Assembly (NCBI GenBank): GCA_044892525.1
Contig: CM097886.1
Location: 2,790,001 to 2,854,000 of the forward strand
Direction: 5' to 3'
Length of the DNA: 64,000 nucleotides
Origin: Schmidtea polychroa
Taxonomy: Eukaryota
Shown piece by piece: positions 39,860-51,536 of this stretch (within the stretch, counting starts at the first letter, position 1; the number at the start of each line of letters is the position of its first letter). Below the pieces are notes generated by a model. The model worked only from the letters and a program-made list of their open reading frames with translations. It ran no database searches and was not told where the DNA came from. A program made the translations under genes and the position numbers.

Positions 39860-42263
39860 AATGGATGGCTAAAGAAGAAAACTATGGTGACTATATCTAA
39901 AAATTTCGGATCAGATATACGGTTTATTCGCTATTGGATACTTAGTGCTGGAAGAAAACAAGACGAGTCGATGAAACAGGATCCCTCCCTTCACCCTTGA
40001 TTACTAATAATTTACGTATCCTTTACAAAAATTATTCCTCAACGCCCTGATTGCTTCCCTGACGAATGCAAATTATTTGTAAAAATTTTAATTTTCGTCT
40101 ATCGCGTTCGAGTTGGATTTCTATCTATCGCACATAAAGGCAATTTACGGATTTGTTCATGCCGGAGTGAATAAACCTATTTCATTACAAATACACTATA
40201 CTACACTTCGTTTAAATTTCGCTGATTATTTGTTGTTATTCTAATGCAAAATAAGGTTTTTGGACCACATGCGACTAGTAAAAACTTGCACCCTTACCTC
40301 AAGTAGCGGAATAAGTAACAACTCGTAATTTCGTATAAACTATACGTCACTATTTTATGATTACCCCTTATCCATACCATACGGTGATATCGTCGTAGAA
40401 ATATAGCATCGTAAAAATATTGTAATTACATAATAATTTGTTATCGGATTTAGTTTTCTATTACCATACGTCATTTACAGGGAATATGAGAAATTTAACT
40501 ACAATATTACTAGCTATTTTATAACCCAAAAATTCCTGTAGATACTTTAGTTAATTTAAATTTGGCTCGAAGGCTACTACTATTATTTGTAACATCTAAT
40601 TAGAATTACGATAAACCTCTACAACACTTAGGTAAAACTTCCTATGGTTTAGTTATAAAGTTTGGTTTGAATTTTCGATTATTAATTAAAATACCCCTTC
40701 AACAATTTCGATTTTTATTTAGAATATTTAATTTAAGCAAAATTATCTTTAATGAGTGCACTTTAGAGAGTCTCTTATCTTAGTAGTCGGTTACTGGTTA
40801 TTTTGGCTTATCTTTTTAGTGGTACGAATGACCTTTATCAGTAGTGAAATTTAAGAGTCAGTCATCTGGAAGTCACATCTCATGTCAGCATTATCTAGTA
40901 TGACCACTGATTACTACTCACACACTAAGAATCCTAGAGAGGGTGACACATGGCGGCATTCCCTGCGGTGAGAGGCATTCGGAATGATTCTGCTGTTTCT
41001 CATGCATATTTCTGACCGGATGACGCTACTCATAGTTATGTTAGCAGTATGTCTGTATGTATGGGTGCCTGTTCGATGGAAATTTTATCTGTAACTATCA
41101 ACCGTACTGAGCGAACTGCAAATGTTACATCGCGTGTCGATTCCCATCTGAGCTTATGATGTTGGATTTATTTACTACGACTCGTAATTTCCTCAATATT
41201 GGATGCTTTTGAACGATGGAAGATCTCTACGAACCAGCCAACTAGACTCTATGAAGCATATTTCAGTAGTGGATATTTCGACGCAACAGCATGAAAATTA
41301 TTCAATGGGTATTACCAGATTTTGTTAATATATGTGATTGAATACAGTATTATTGTGGTTTTATGTTTTATTTTTCCCTTATTGTAAATTCCTCATCATA
41401 TGCTAGGATTTGGATGTCGCATCTGAAAGAGATGACCTAAATTAGAGTTACTTTTTCAAAAATCTACCGAATGCAATTTCAACTTCTCGATATGTTAGAA
41501 AACCAGCGATGGATGCTTAATGGTATTTTCCCCCACATGGTAAGTTCGGATTTATAGACAGAAGTGGCATGAATGTCTTGTAAGACGACTCTGGACAATA
41601 CAGAGTTAATATGAGAACTCCCTCAGTCGCTGTGAAGCACATATCCTATTTTCGAAAATTTCAGAAGGTTTCCTTTCGGTCTATATTTCGGTACTCTGAC
41701 AGATTTTAAGTCCTTCAGCAATTGGACCCGTGAAGAAGCCTTCACATTTCGGCCCAATCTAGCTGCGTGATTGAAATACTCCATGTCCACCGGCTGAGCT
41801 CCCGAAGGCACCTCACACCATGACATGGAGTATCTCAACGCCACGTTTCTCGTTAATATTAGAAATCATAAAACTATCACTCAAAATAAATATCCATAAA
41901 AATTATGTAAGAGTTCACCTGTTACCAATAAATACTTTTAAACATTTAAATTATTTACTTTATCAAAATCGTTATTCAGGATCAAATGAAAAGAGAGTCT
42001 GGTTAAATTTAAAAGTTTAATTGCTCATTAAATATACATATTTACTATTAACTTCGAAAAACAATATCATAAATAAAAATCCCTTACTATGGAATTAGGC
42101 TGAATCGGAAAATTAACGTTAGTCGTTCCAAATTAGTCTGATGATAGTTCGTCGAATGTCGATTGCTGTGACTGAGTTCGAATTGCTGTGAAGTTTTTCG
42201 AATTAACTGTTGCTCTACTTGTATTGCTGATCCTTGAAATAAGTCTCCGTGAGTTGTAGATGT

Positions 42264-42390
42264 CTATGAAATGCTCGGGGTTAACAGTAAAAACAGTAAA
42301 CATTTTTCTTACCTATGAAATGCTCGGGGTTAACAGTAAATTTAATGTTTTTGGTAGTTGTATATATATCAAATTCTTATTTGTGCGGAC
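42264..42390 (-). promoter_or_regulatory. Candidate LTR promoter/leader: CCAAT box, TATA-like tract, 28-bp direct repeat x2 enclosing a GTAAG donor (also 16023-16150)
   Basis: ggaccaatcag, then a TATATA tract, then repeats at 42340-42313 and 42291-42264; minus strand reads ...catag|gtaagaa. Confidence 0.45.
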
Positions 42391-43799
42391 CAATCAGAGT
42401 TGAGTACCGCTTATTTCTATTAATTTAATATAATTTTCTTGTTTTTAGGTTGTTTTTTCCTTATTTTCTTTATTTTTAATATGTTTTTCTATTTATTTCC
42501 TTAATTTCCTTATTATTTCTTGAATTCCTCTTTATTTATTTGTCAACTTGTTCTATTTTAATCTTTTCTTAATTTTATTTTTTGTTTTAATTCTTATGTC
42601 TTAATTATTATCTTCCTTATATCTTATTCTATTTTATTTCTGATTTTATTTATTTTATTATTATTTTTCTTAATGTTCTACTTCCCTACTTTCTTATTTT
42701 TCAACGATTAAATTTCCGACTCAGCCCAACACTATACTGTTGTTTATTTTTTTGTAAACTCAAAATAAAACNNNNNNNNNNNNNNNNNNNNNNNNNNNNN
42801 NNNNNNNNNNNNNNNNNNNNNNNNNNNNNNNNNNNNNNNNNNNNNNNNNNNNNNNNNNNNNNNNNNNNNNNNNNNNNNNNNNNNNNNNNNNNNNNNNNNN
42901 NNNNNNNNNNNNNNNNNNNNNNNNNNNNNNNNNNNNNNNNNNNNNNNTTAGGCGGACATGCGAGGCGGAAATGCAGTTTCCAATAACAATTTCAGTAATA
43001 AATTTGACATAAACAATAAATAAATTTTAGGGCACTAGAAATAAACGATTTGTAAAGATTATATATTTAATAACTAACTATATCTTCATTTATATTATTT
43101 AAATTAATATGAAAATTCCTTTCTACAGAATTAATTTTTTATTTATTCAGAATCTAATTGACGATTTTTTTAGTTGCAATTTGAAATTAGTCTGATTGTG
43201 TACATTCTTGGGATGATATGCCCAAAATGCCACTGGAATGGGGAATTTTGAATTGAAACGTAAATAAACAAATTAAATTCGATTAACTGCCAGACATAAA
43301 GGTGGTCTCTATTCACGGTCTTAACCTTTTCTTTTTACTCAATTTTGTGAAGCCAAGATTATTTCCCTACTACTGTTTGAAATCAGATATATCATTAATA
43401 ATTTTATTTATGATATTTGTATCAATTTTATTTTTTCAATAATCAAACAATACAAAAATAGAAATATATTGAAATTGTGCAGTAAATTTAGTTCCTAGAG
43501 CTTTCTGTTGACAGGAATAACTCGCATAGTACAAGTTCGATCAGTGCGGTTTCAGTATATTACCTGTTTTTAATTTTTATTTTTTAAATAAATATTTACA
43601 GTAAACATTTTGATTGGTTTTTCGCAGTTTAATGTTTTTCTTAGTCGATTCTTGTGATACATGTTTTTTTGTTTTTTTTACAGTTAATTGTGCCATGCAT
43701 ATAATGTGCGTGGTTGTAACGTGGTTACGCATGTTTCGTTGTAGTTTTGTGATATTTTTCCTTTTCTATCAGCTTTCTATTTTCAACTCTAGGCTAAAG

Positions 43800-44230
43800 T
43801 CGATTTTTTGATTATTACAATATAAATATCCATTTGGAAAAAGTGAGTGGAAAAAGAAAGTGAAGATGATTCTCTAAACAAAAAATGCAATTGTCTTACT
43901 TTGGAACAAAAACTTGATTTAATTAAGCAACATTAAGAAGATGCGTTCTTTGCAAAAATAGCAAGTGAATATGGAATGAACGAATCCTCAGTTTGAAAAC
44001 TTGTAAAAAGAAAAGTTGAGTACAAATAGCAAGGTAGGGCTAACTTCTTATTTATCAAAAGTAGTGGCCAAATTTGAAGCACTCAAATGATAAATATGGA
44101 GTGGTTACGTTTCTGATCTTTGAGAAAAAGTAGAAGGATTTTTCGCTTTGATTTTTGATACTAAATGCAAAATAAATAATAAACATATATTTTAACGATG
44201 TTAACTTACAAAAGAGGTCAAGAATTCACA
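43800..44230 (+). pseudogene. Tigger/pogo (CENP-B HTH) transposase N-terminal remnant
   Basis: LTLEQKLDLIKQH...AKIASEYGMNESSV*KLVKRK. Confidence 0.6.
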
Positions 44231-44761
44231 GAGTTCGGGACCTTTTGGGAGTTTTATTAACGTTTCTTATTTTCATTTCTGTAAATGAAATTATTTTTTT
44301 AATATTTTATTAAAATTTTAAAATCATGATTATAATGAAATTAAAAAGAGAGCTTGAAGACTTGAAAAAAAGGCAGTGCCGAAAATTCGTGAGTATCAAA
44401 AAACATCGATATATTATTGATTAATAGTCTTTAAGCTCTCTTTTTAATAAATTCAATGGAAAAAATAATCAGTGGTGAAATTGGAAAAAAAGTTCTTATA
44501 ATATTATAATGAAATTCCTAATAATCTCCAATGCTGGTTATATAATTTTGTTGTTTTAGATATAGGACTAAATAATTGTAATTATCGAATCTGTTTGACT
44601 TTCACATTTTTTTATTTATTTTTATCTTTTCATTTCACAGCTTCTACATTTTCATGATAATTTTCCTTTTTCATCATCATTATATTTCTTCCTACAAAAT
44701 TTTAATAAATTTAATCATATGGAAAAATTCTATTTTCTTCATAAATGAATTTTCACTTCAG

Positions 44762-45111
44762 GTGTTAGCAACGGACATGTCGAAGCATATGACAATGTTG
44801 GCTGATTTAAAAACAATGGTAGAAACAAAAAAAGTATCGGGATCAGGAATTCTTAATTTAGATAACTATAATGATAGAATTCAGGTGAGTGCAAATTAAC
44901 AGTATGGTTTATACGGTTTGAATTTCAGATCCTTCAAAATTTAATTCATTGTGCCGATCTGAGCAATCCCACGAAACCAATATCACTCTATGTGCAATGG
45001 ACGGAAAGAGTCATGGAGGAATTTTTCAGTCAAGGAGATAAAGAGAGAGAACTTGGTATTGAAAATAGTCCGATGTGTGACCGTTTAACAGCCTCAGTTG
45101 CCAAATCTCAA
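44762..45111 (+). CDS. PDE4: Host PDE4-like gene, exons 44762-44884 and 44929-45111
   Basis: [41 protein letters not shown] | [17 protein letters not shown]...[20 protein letters not shown]...KSQ, with a 44-nt GT-AG intron. Continues VIDM|VLATDM in phase 0 from exon 6688-6842. Confidence 0.93.
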
Positions 45112-45493
45112 GTAAAAAAATATTTTTATTCTTTTATTTCGAAAATATATTCCAATTGAATAAATTAACATGATGTTTTGGTTGCAATATTTATGAGATA
45201 AATATAATACAAAGAGAAAACTATGCATTAATGAAGATATTAATTGACCTTTATCTTTACCTCACTTTCAGATTATGTTTCATCGTTAACATGAATTTTA
45301 GGCGCGATCTTAAAACAAAAGATGATTGACTGCCTAAAAAAGAAATGAAGATAAAGGATATTGAAAAAGATCACTGTGATGCTAATAGAATACACTATTA
45401 AAATTTATTAAGTTTAAAACATTCCAAAACAATTTAATTTTTTTAACTTTTCCTGAATTGTTAATACAGAATATGGAGTGTTTAAAATAACTT

Positions 45494-47530
45494 ATATTAA
45501 ATTGTTATTGTATGTTGTTTGAATGTATGCCTGTTTTTTGAAATCCTGCGTTCCGCAAACCGAAAACCATTCGGTTATATTCGAACATGCCGATAGGTGT
45601 TACGATAGCTGTCTTTTTTATGTCTTCTTTCCTAATCGGAATTTGGTGGTAGGTCTTTTGGAGGTCTATTTTTGAGAAGGACTTTACTCCTTTTAATCTT
45701 TTGATAATGTCGCGTATTATTGGCAAGGGGTAGTTGTTTACTTCTGTGATCTTGTTTAATATCCTGTAGTCACCGTAACCTCTCCATTCCCCATTTGCCT
45801 TTTGTTTGAGCATAAGTGCGGAAGACCATTCTGAGTTTTAATGTGTTACTATTTTGTTGTCCAGTAATTCTTTTAAAATTTTTTTAGTGATTTCTGTTTT
45901 TTGTGGATCCAGTTGTTTAACTTTAGAGTGTACTGGGTTGCCCAATGTTATGGTTGAGTGTTCGGTTGGGTTGTCCGAATTCTCGTTGAATGTTACTGGT
46001 TCGGTTAGTTTGTTGAAATATTTTAGTAATCGAGTTATTTCGGGACCGTGATTGGTTGTTTTGTTTTTATTGTTTGGCTTTGTTTGAATTACTCCAATGT
46101 CAATTTGTGGGTGGTAATTTGTTGTTAATTGTTTTGTTTTCGTTTTTGTGGTGATATTTTTGACTAGGTCTTTATTTCTGCAGTCTACTAGTAAGTTATA
46201 GTGTGATAAGAAATCTGCACCGATTATTGGTTGTTGTACTTCGGCTATAGTAAACGACCAGCTGTACTCTTTGTTGTTGATAGTTATCGTCGTAGTATGT
46301 TGTCCGAATGTACTTATGTTGGTACCGTTAGCTGTGGCAAGTTTGTTATTTGTTGTTTTGAGATTTTTGAAAATTTTGTGGGGTAATAGGGAGATGGCTG
46401 AACCTGTGACAATCAGGAAATTGCTGTTTTGTGATCACACCGTGAACGTTTTATTTTTGTCGCCAAATGTCGGTGCGATTATTGGTGACTTCATCAGTCT
46501 TCCTGTGTTTTGTAGATGCACTAGTTGTTGCAATTGTATGCTTTGTTCCTGAACTTTTGGTGGTAGTAGCAAATCTCATCTTTATTTTTGTATATGTTGT
46601 TGTATGAGGCTTTGTTTTTTCGGTTTCGTGAATCTGACCGATGTCTGTTATAACGGTTTGGTGAACGATTGCATTTTTGTCTTTGACATTTTTCTTTTAT
46701 TTCAGTGAGTTCACGTTTAATCTTTTTGTTTTCGATTATTACTTAATTGAATTTGCTGATCAGTGTGCTCATGAGGTTAGTTGTGAAATCGTTTATCTCG
46801 GAATTTTTGTTCTTATTGTTTGCTGCTTGTTCGTTGTGGTATGATTGGTTTTTGTACTGTTTTTTGTGCTGTAGATTGTGGAGTTAATCTCTTTGTTGAT
46901 TTGATCTGCTATTTCTGCTAATGTTTCGATGTCTGCCTTGTAATTTGCGGCTAAGATTAATCGTATTTCTTGTGGCCTAGCACGCATGAATAGTTCTCTA
47001 ACCAGCTCGTTTGATCCTGAACTAGTGATGTTTGATTGTAGTTGCTCTAGTTTGTGTTTTAGTTGTCTGGGGAAATCGGAAGGTTTATTTTCCCCTAATT
47101 GTGCGTTCTTTAAGCAGGACTCCAGCATTTGTCTTTTGTTTATTTTGTTTTTTAATATTAGTATGTGACATAGTTTGCTGTATTGGTCCTCACCTTTTGA
47201 GATTTCGTCTATTTGTTCTGCAATTTCGTTGAGCTTCTTGCTGGGGAGAGCTTCAATTATGTTTGAACACAGGGTTTTTGTTGACTTTACGCCTGATAGT
47301 GTTAACGCTAGTTTTTTTGCGGCCTTCCATTTTCATCGATGAAATAATTTGGAATATTGGGTTTCTGGTTTACAATTGAATTTATAGAAAATGGATTAGG
47401 TAATGAGTTTAAATGAGGGTTGGTGTTGTCGTTCGTTAATGGAGTATTTTCTTCACTTATTTTTGTGAATCCATTGGATATTTGGTTATCTTCTTGTTGA
47501 AAGGGGTTGTTAGTGTTTATTTGCATTGGT
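45494..47530 (-). pseudogene. Degenerate CsRn1-like Gypsy gag-PR-RT fragment
   Basis: Gag LGENKPSDF...ELFMRARPQEIRLIL; protease region ...TANGTNIST...QPIIGADFLSHYNLLVDC; RT GEWRGYGDYRILN...FSKIDLQKTYHQIP, with frameshifts. Confidence 0.8.
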
Positions 47531-47756
47531 TAGTGATGTTTGTTTATGTTTTAAAAAAATTAGTTTAATCAAGGATACGGCTTGCTATTCTTTATACTTC
47601 TATATTAGGTATTCTGAAAGCGAAAGTGGTTGAAAAACATTTTCGCGAGTGTGTTTTGCATATTTTTACTCTAGACACCAGTTATGTTATGATTGTTTAT
47701 TGCTATGTGCTTATATTTCGGCATTAATTATGTTTGTATGGTAGATCCGGATCGAA

Positions 47757-48210
47757 TTATTGAACAGCAAATGAGTCACCTCCCATACAATGCCCATATG
47801 CATAACTTTTATTTTTTCCCACCCAAACCCTTTTATCATCTGCGTTGGTAAGGGCAGTTTTTTCATTTTTTATGGTGAATAGCTGGTGATTTTTGCTAGT
47901 TATTTTAGTTTGCGGTATAGAAAAAATTTGATTAGTTTTATAAAAATCTAGGTACGACTGATGTTTTATGTCACTATCTTTCAATGTTACTAATTTAGCT
48001 TTTTTAGTCTCGTCGTCACCTAACAAACTATAACACTTTGGCCTAAGAAAACCCACTCCTTATATTTAAGACCTTTATTCTCGTCTTTGAACTTTCCAAT
48101 GACAGTATCAAGGTTCCTACTATATAAAGGATGACTAGGATCGTAATTAGATGTGTCTAGTAAATTATCACGGATCATGGCTGGTAAAAGACATGAATCT
48201 TGCAATAAAT
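47757..48210 (-). pseudogene. Protein-primed family B DNA polymerase C-terminal fragment (Polinton/Maverick-like)
   Basis: Two overlapping ORFs join as DTSNYDPSHPLYS...VIGKFKDE...(FL)RPKCYS...KKAK...SKNHQLFT..EKTAL...DDKRV...YAYGH. Confidence 0.75.
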
Positions 48211-48268
48211 TACTTCAAGAAAAAATGAATCCGTATCGCCTGCGAAATTATGAAATTGACAATGACTT

Positions 48269-49489
48269 AGATTTCTTATCACACTATAACTAACTAGTAG
48301 ACTGCAGAAATAAAGACCTAGTCAAAAATATCACCACAAAAACGAAAACAAAACAATTAACAACAAATTACTACCCACAAATTGACATTGGAGTAATTCA
48401 AACAAAGCCAAAAACAAAACAACCAATCACGGTCCCGAAATAATTCGACTACTAAAAAATTTCAACAAACTAACCGAACCAGTAACATTCAACGAGAATT
48501 CGGACAACCCAACCGAACACTCAATCATAACATTGGGCAACCCAGTACACTCTAAAGTTAGACAACTGGATCTACAAAAAACAGAAATCACTAAAAAAAT
48601 TTTAAAAGAATTACTGGACAACAAAATAGTAACACATTAAAACTCAGAATGGTCTTCCGCACTTATGCTCAAACAAAAGGCAAATGGGGAATGGAGAGGT
48701 TACGGTGACTACAGGATATTAAACAAGATCACAGAAGTAAACAACTACCCCTTGCCAATAATACGCGACATTATCAAAAGATTAAAAGGAGTAAAGTCCT
48801 TCTCAAAAATAGACCTCCAAAAGACCTACCACCAAATTCCGATTAGGAAAGAAGACATAAAAAAGACAGCTATCGTAACACCTATCGGCATGTTCGAATA
48901 TAACCGAATGGTTTTCGGTTTGCGGAACGTAGCTGCAACATACTAACGTTTCATGGACCAAATCCTGAAAAACAACCAAAACACAATTGAATACCTGGAC
49001 GACATATTGATAGCAAGCCCAAATAAAGAAACACAACTAAATGATATTGAGAAATTGTTTCAAACCCTCGATGCCGCAAATCTAAAAATCAACATCCAGA
49101 AATGTGAATTCCTTAAAAACGAAATTGATTTCCTAGAACACACATTAAATGACACACATTAAAAGCCACCCAGGAAACAGAGCCACGTACGAAACAATCC
49201 GTGATAAATATGTATGGCCGAATATGAGAACAGAAATCAAAACAAAACACCAAAAAAACTAACAACACAAAAAGTTAATTTCCAAATGACTCAACCATTT
49301 GAAATGATACATATCGATATAGTAGGACCAGTAGCACCTAACAACGGCTATCAATATCTGCTTACCATAATAGACAGGAAAACAAACTGGTTCCAAGTTG
49401 TACTACTCAAAGAAATAACAGCAAAATCATATGCAACAACCTCGAACTCAATTAGATTCCCCGCTACGGTCATTTTATTTTTAAATTAA
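48269..49489 (+). pseudogene. CsRn1-like Gypsy pol fragment (RT to integrase start); 48269-48929 is an inverted copy of 45549-46216
   Basis: Same RT peptide as 45505-45813, then YLDDILIAS and IHIDIVGP...YLLTIIDR; stops and deletions. Confidence 0.8.
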
Positions 49490-50401
49490 TTTCATTTAAT
49501 TTTAAATTAATTTTTACATTATCAAATAATAATAATAGCAACAATATACTTTTATGAATGTTCCCTTTTATTTATTTGTTCGTTACAAGGCAAAAAAATA
49601 ACTACCCTTGACCTTTCTCACAGACAAAGTACTAAAGAGCTAATATAAAGAAATATATAAATTCGATATTTACGGATAAATATATTTTTTCAAATTTTCT
49701 TTTCAATTCAATGTTCTCAAGGTGCAACCGCAAATATGCCTCTTAGGACGAGCATTGTTTTCTAAATAATGTTTGTATTACGATTTATATATCCTATAAT
49801 ACTTTGTTTTGTCTATTAATTAATTTATTATATTTTTGTTTTTATCGTATGGTGAATTTTATTGGTTTACTGAAAATATATCAGACACCCTATGTTGAGG
49901 AATACAAGCCTTCTTTAACAGTTTATAGTCGTTCCAAAAATCATGCCTCTTTGTGTAACCCTTCTTTTGAAGCTATTTGCAATAATGACGTTTTCTCGTA
50001 ATCTGGCGGTTGAGTTTAAACTCAGATATCTATATACAAAATATACAATTACTAATTGGGTCAACATAGAAAATCAGACATAAAATATTTTTAACCCACC
50101 CGAATTCGTACAACTTTGATTTTTGCTATGACATTTATTAAACATATAAATATGTATATCATTCTAATTTTACATTTTAAAATACATTTTATATTCATGA
50201 ATTTGTTTTCAATGAATCTTCTTCTCTTTTTTCCAGGATCTCAAAAAACAAAGAAATTTCTTGTTTTCAGATGCAATAAATTTGCAAATTATAGCTATCT
50301 AACATAAGGAATTTTTTCTAGGCATAGTAATAATGATAATAATATACTTATTTACATTATATAGTATATTTAATTATATTTTCATATATTTCTTTTGTAA
50401 T

Positions 50402-50404
<3 letters not shown>

Positions 50405-50457
<53 letters not shown>
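50405..50457. repeat. (AAT)n microsatellite
   Basis: Direct reading. Confidence 0.95.
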
Positions 50458-50459
<2 letters not shown>

Positions 50460-51217
50460 TTGGGGTTCAACAAGAGAGGCAAAAAAATGAGGTGAAAATC
50501 GATAAAAACACCAAATTAAAAAAAATTACAAAATATTAATTAAAAATCAAAAATTTTAAAAATGAATATTTTCTGGGAGAAACTGGTATGGGCAGATGCT
50601 AAATAATGAGACGAGTTCAGCTATAATAAAATAAAATCAATGGGGGGGGTCCCTAAAAGGAATAAATTACAAAAAACAAAAATTAATTAAAAATTAATTA
50701 ACTCATGGAAAACCCGAGCTAATGGGAAACCCGAGCTAATGGAGAACCCGAGCTAATGGGAAACCCGAGACAGTGGAAAACCCGAGCGAATTGAGAAATC
50801 CAATTTTGTGAAGGCAATTAATTTAGCCGGATAAAATAAAAGTGACAAGAGCCATCAAAGAAAATGAGCCAATTCCCTTAAATTGAATTAGACCTCCAAG
50901 AGGAAGCCCGGGGGGGAGTAAGACCAAAACTATTGGCAAAAATAAAGTCAATTACCAAGTGGGTATAAAAGCAACTTGCAAGAGAACAAAACGGCCAGTT
51001 GGTCGAAGAAAAGAAAGTCGAAGTTTAACGAGAGCGAAAAAGGAAATATTAAAGTTGAGATTTGTTGGCAATTTGAAAAGTGCAGACAAACCTGATTGTA
51101 TCAAGTGTGAGTAAACTAAATAAAAAGTGTAAAAGTGTAACTGCATCAGTGTTAATAAAGATTTTGTGTTGGGTTATTTATTTATTTTGAAAAGAACACA
51201 AAGGAGTCAGACCGTAG
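50458..51217 (+). mobile_element. Probable solo LTR, right end in a gap; internal about 18-bp tandem repeats (ggaaacccgagctaatg) at about 50707-50792
   Basis: Starts TGTTGGGGTT; AATAAAGATTT...GGAGTCAGA near the end, as at 10266-10333. Confidence 0.6.
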
Positions 51218-51383
51218 NNNNNNNNNNNNNNNNNNNNNNNNNNNNNNNNNNNNNNNNNNNNNNNNNNNNNNNNNNNNNNNNNNNNNNNNNNNNNNNNNNN
51301 NNNNNNNNNNNNNNNNNNNNNNNNNNNNNNNNNNNNNNNNNNNNNNNNNNNNNNATATTACATTAATTATAAGATATTTTAAG

Positions 51384-51536
51384 GTCAGCTTTATTGATTT
51401 TATCGTTTACCCTTTGTGGGAAACATGGGCAGAATTGGTTCAACCTGAAGCAAATGTGATGTTGAATAATTTATTTGAAAACCGCAAATACTATGAAATA
51501 ATCTCCATTGAAAACGAATCCAACATCAGTGACTGA
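51384..51536 (+). CDS. PDE4: Host PDE4-like gene, last coding exon
   Basis: Acceptor ttttaag|gtc; reads VSFIDFIVYPLWETWAELVQPEA...NISD*, matching the PDE4 VGFIDYIVHPLWETW motif. Confidence 0.9.
   Translation, partial: VSFIDFIVYPLWETWAELVQPEANVMLNNLFENRKYYEIISIENESNISD

Larger units (their letters stand above)
12331..42731 (-). mobile_element. Giant intact Ty3/Gypsy-type LTR retroelement with envelope, 30,401 bp (Burro-like size class)
   Basis: Two 4,160-bp direct repeats offset by 26,241 bp; TGTTGGG/CCCAACA termini; 4-bp TSD ctat (12327-12330, 42732-42735); PBS; PR-RT-RH-IN domain order. Confidence 0.96.
38572..42731 (-). repeat. 5' LTR (4,160 bp)
   Basis: As above; followed on the minus strand by the PBS. 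Confidence 0.97.

Noticed and set aside
42717-42731. GGCTGAG at the LTR start complementary to the PBS (possible RNA circularisation)
   Set aside because: A 7-nt match is within chance expectation.
44368-44430. About 65-bp sequence repeated at about 59003-59064
   Set aside because: Short diverged dispersed repeat, probably a TE end; no structure to interpret.
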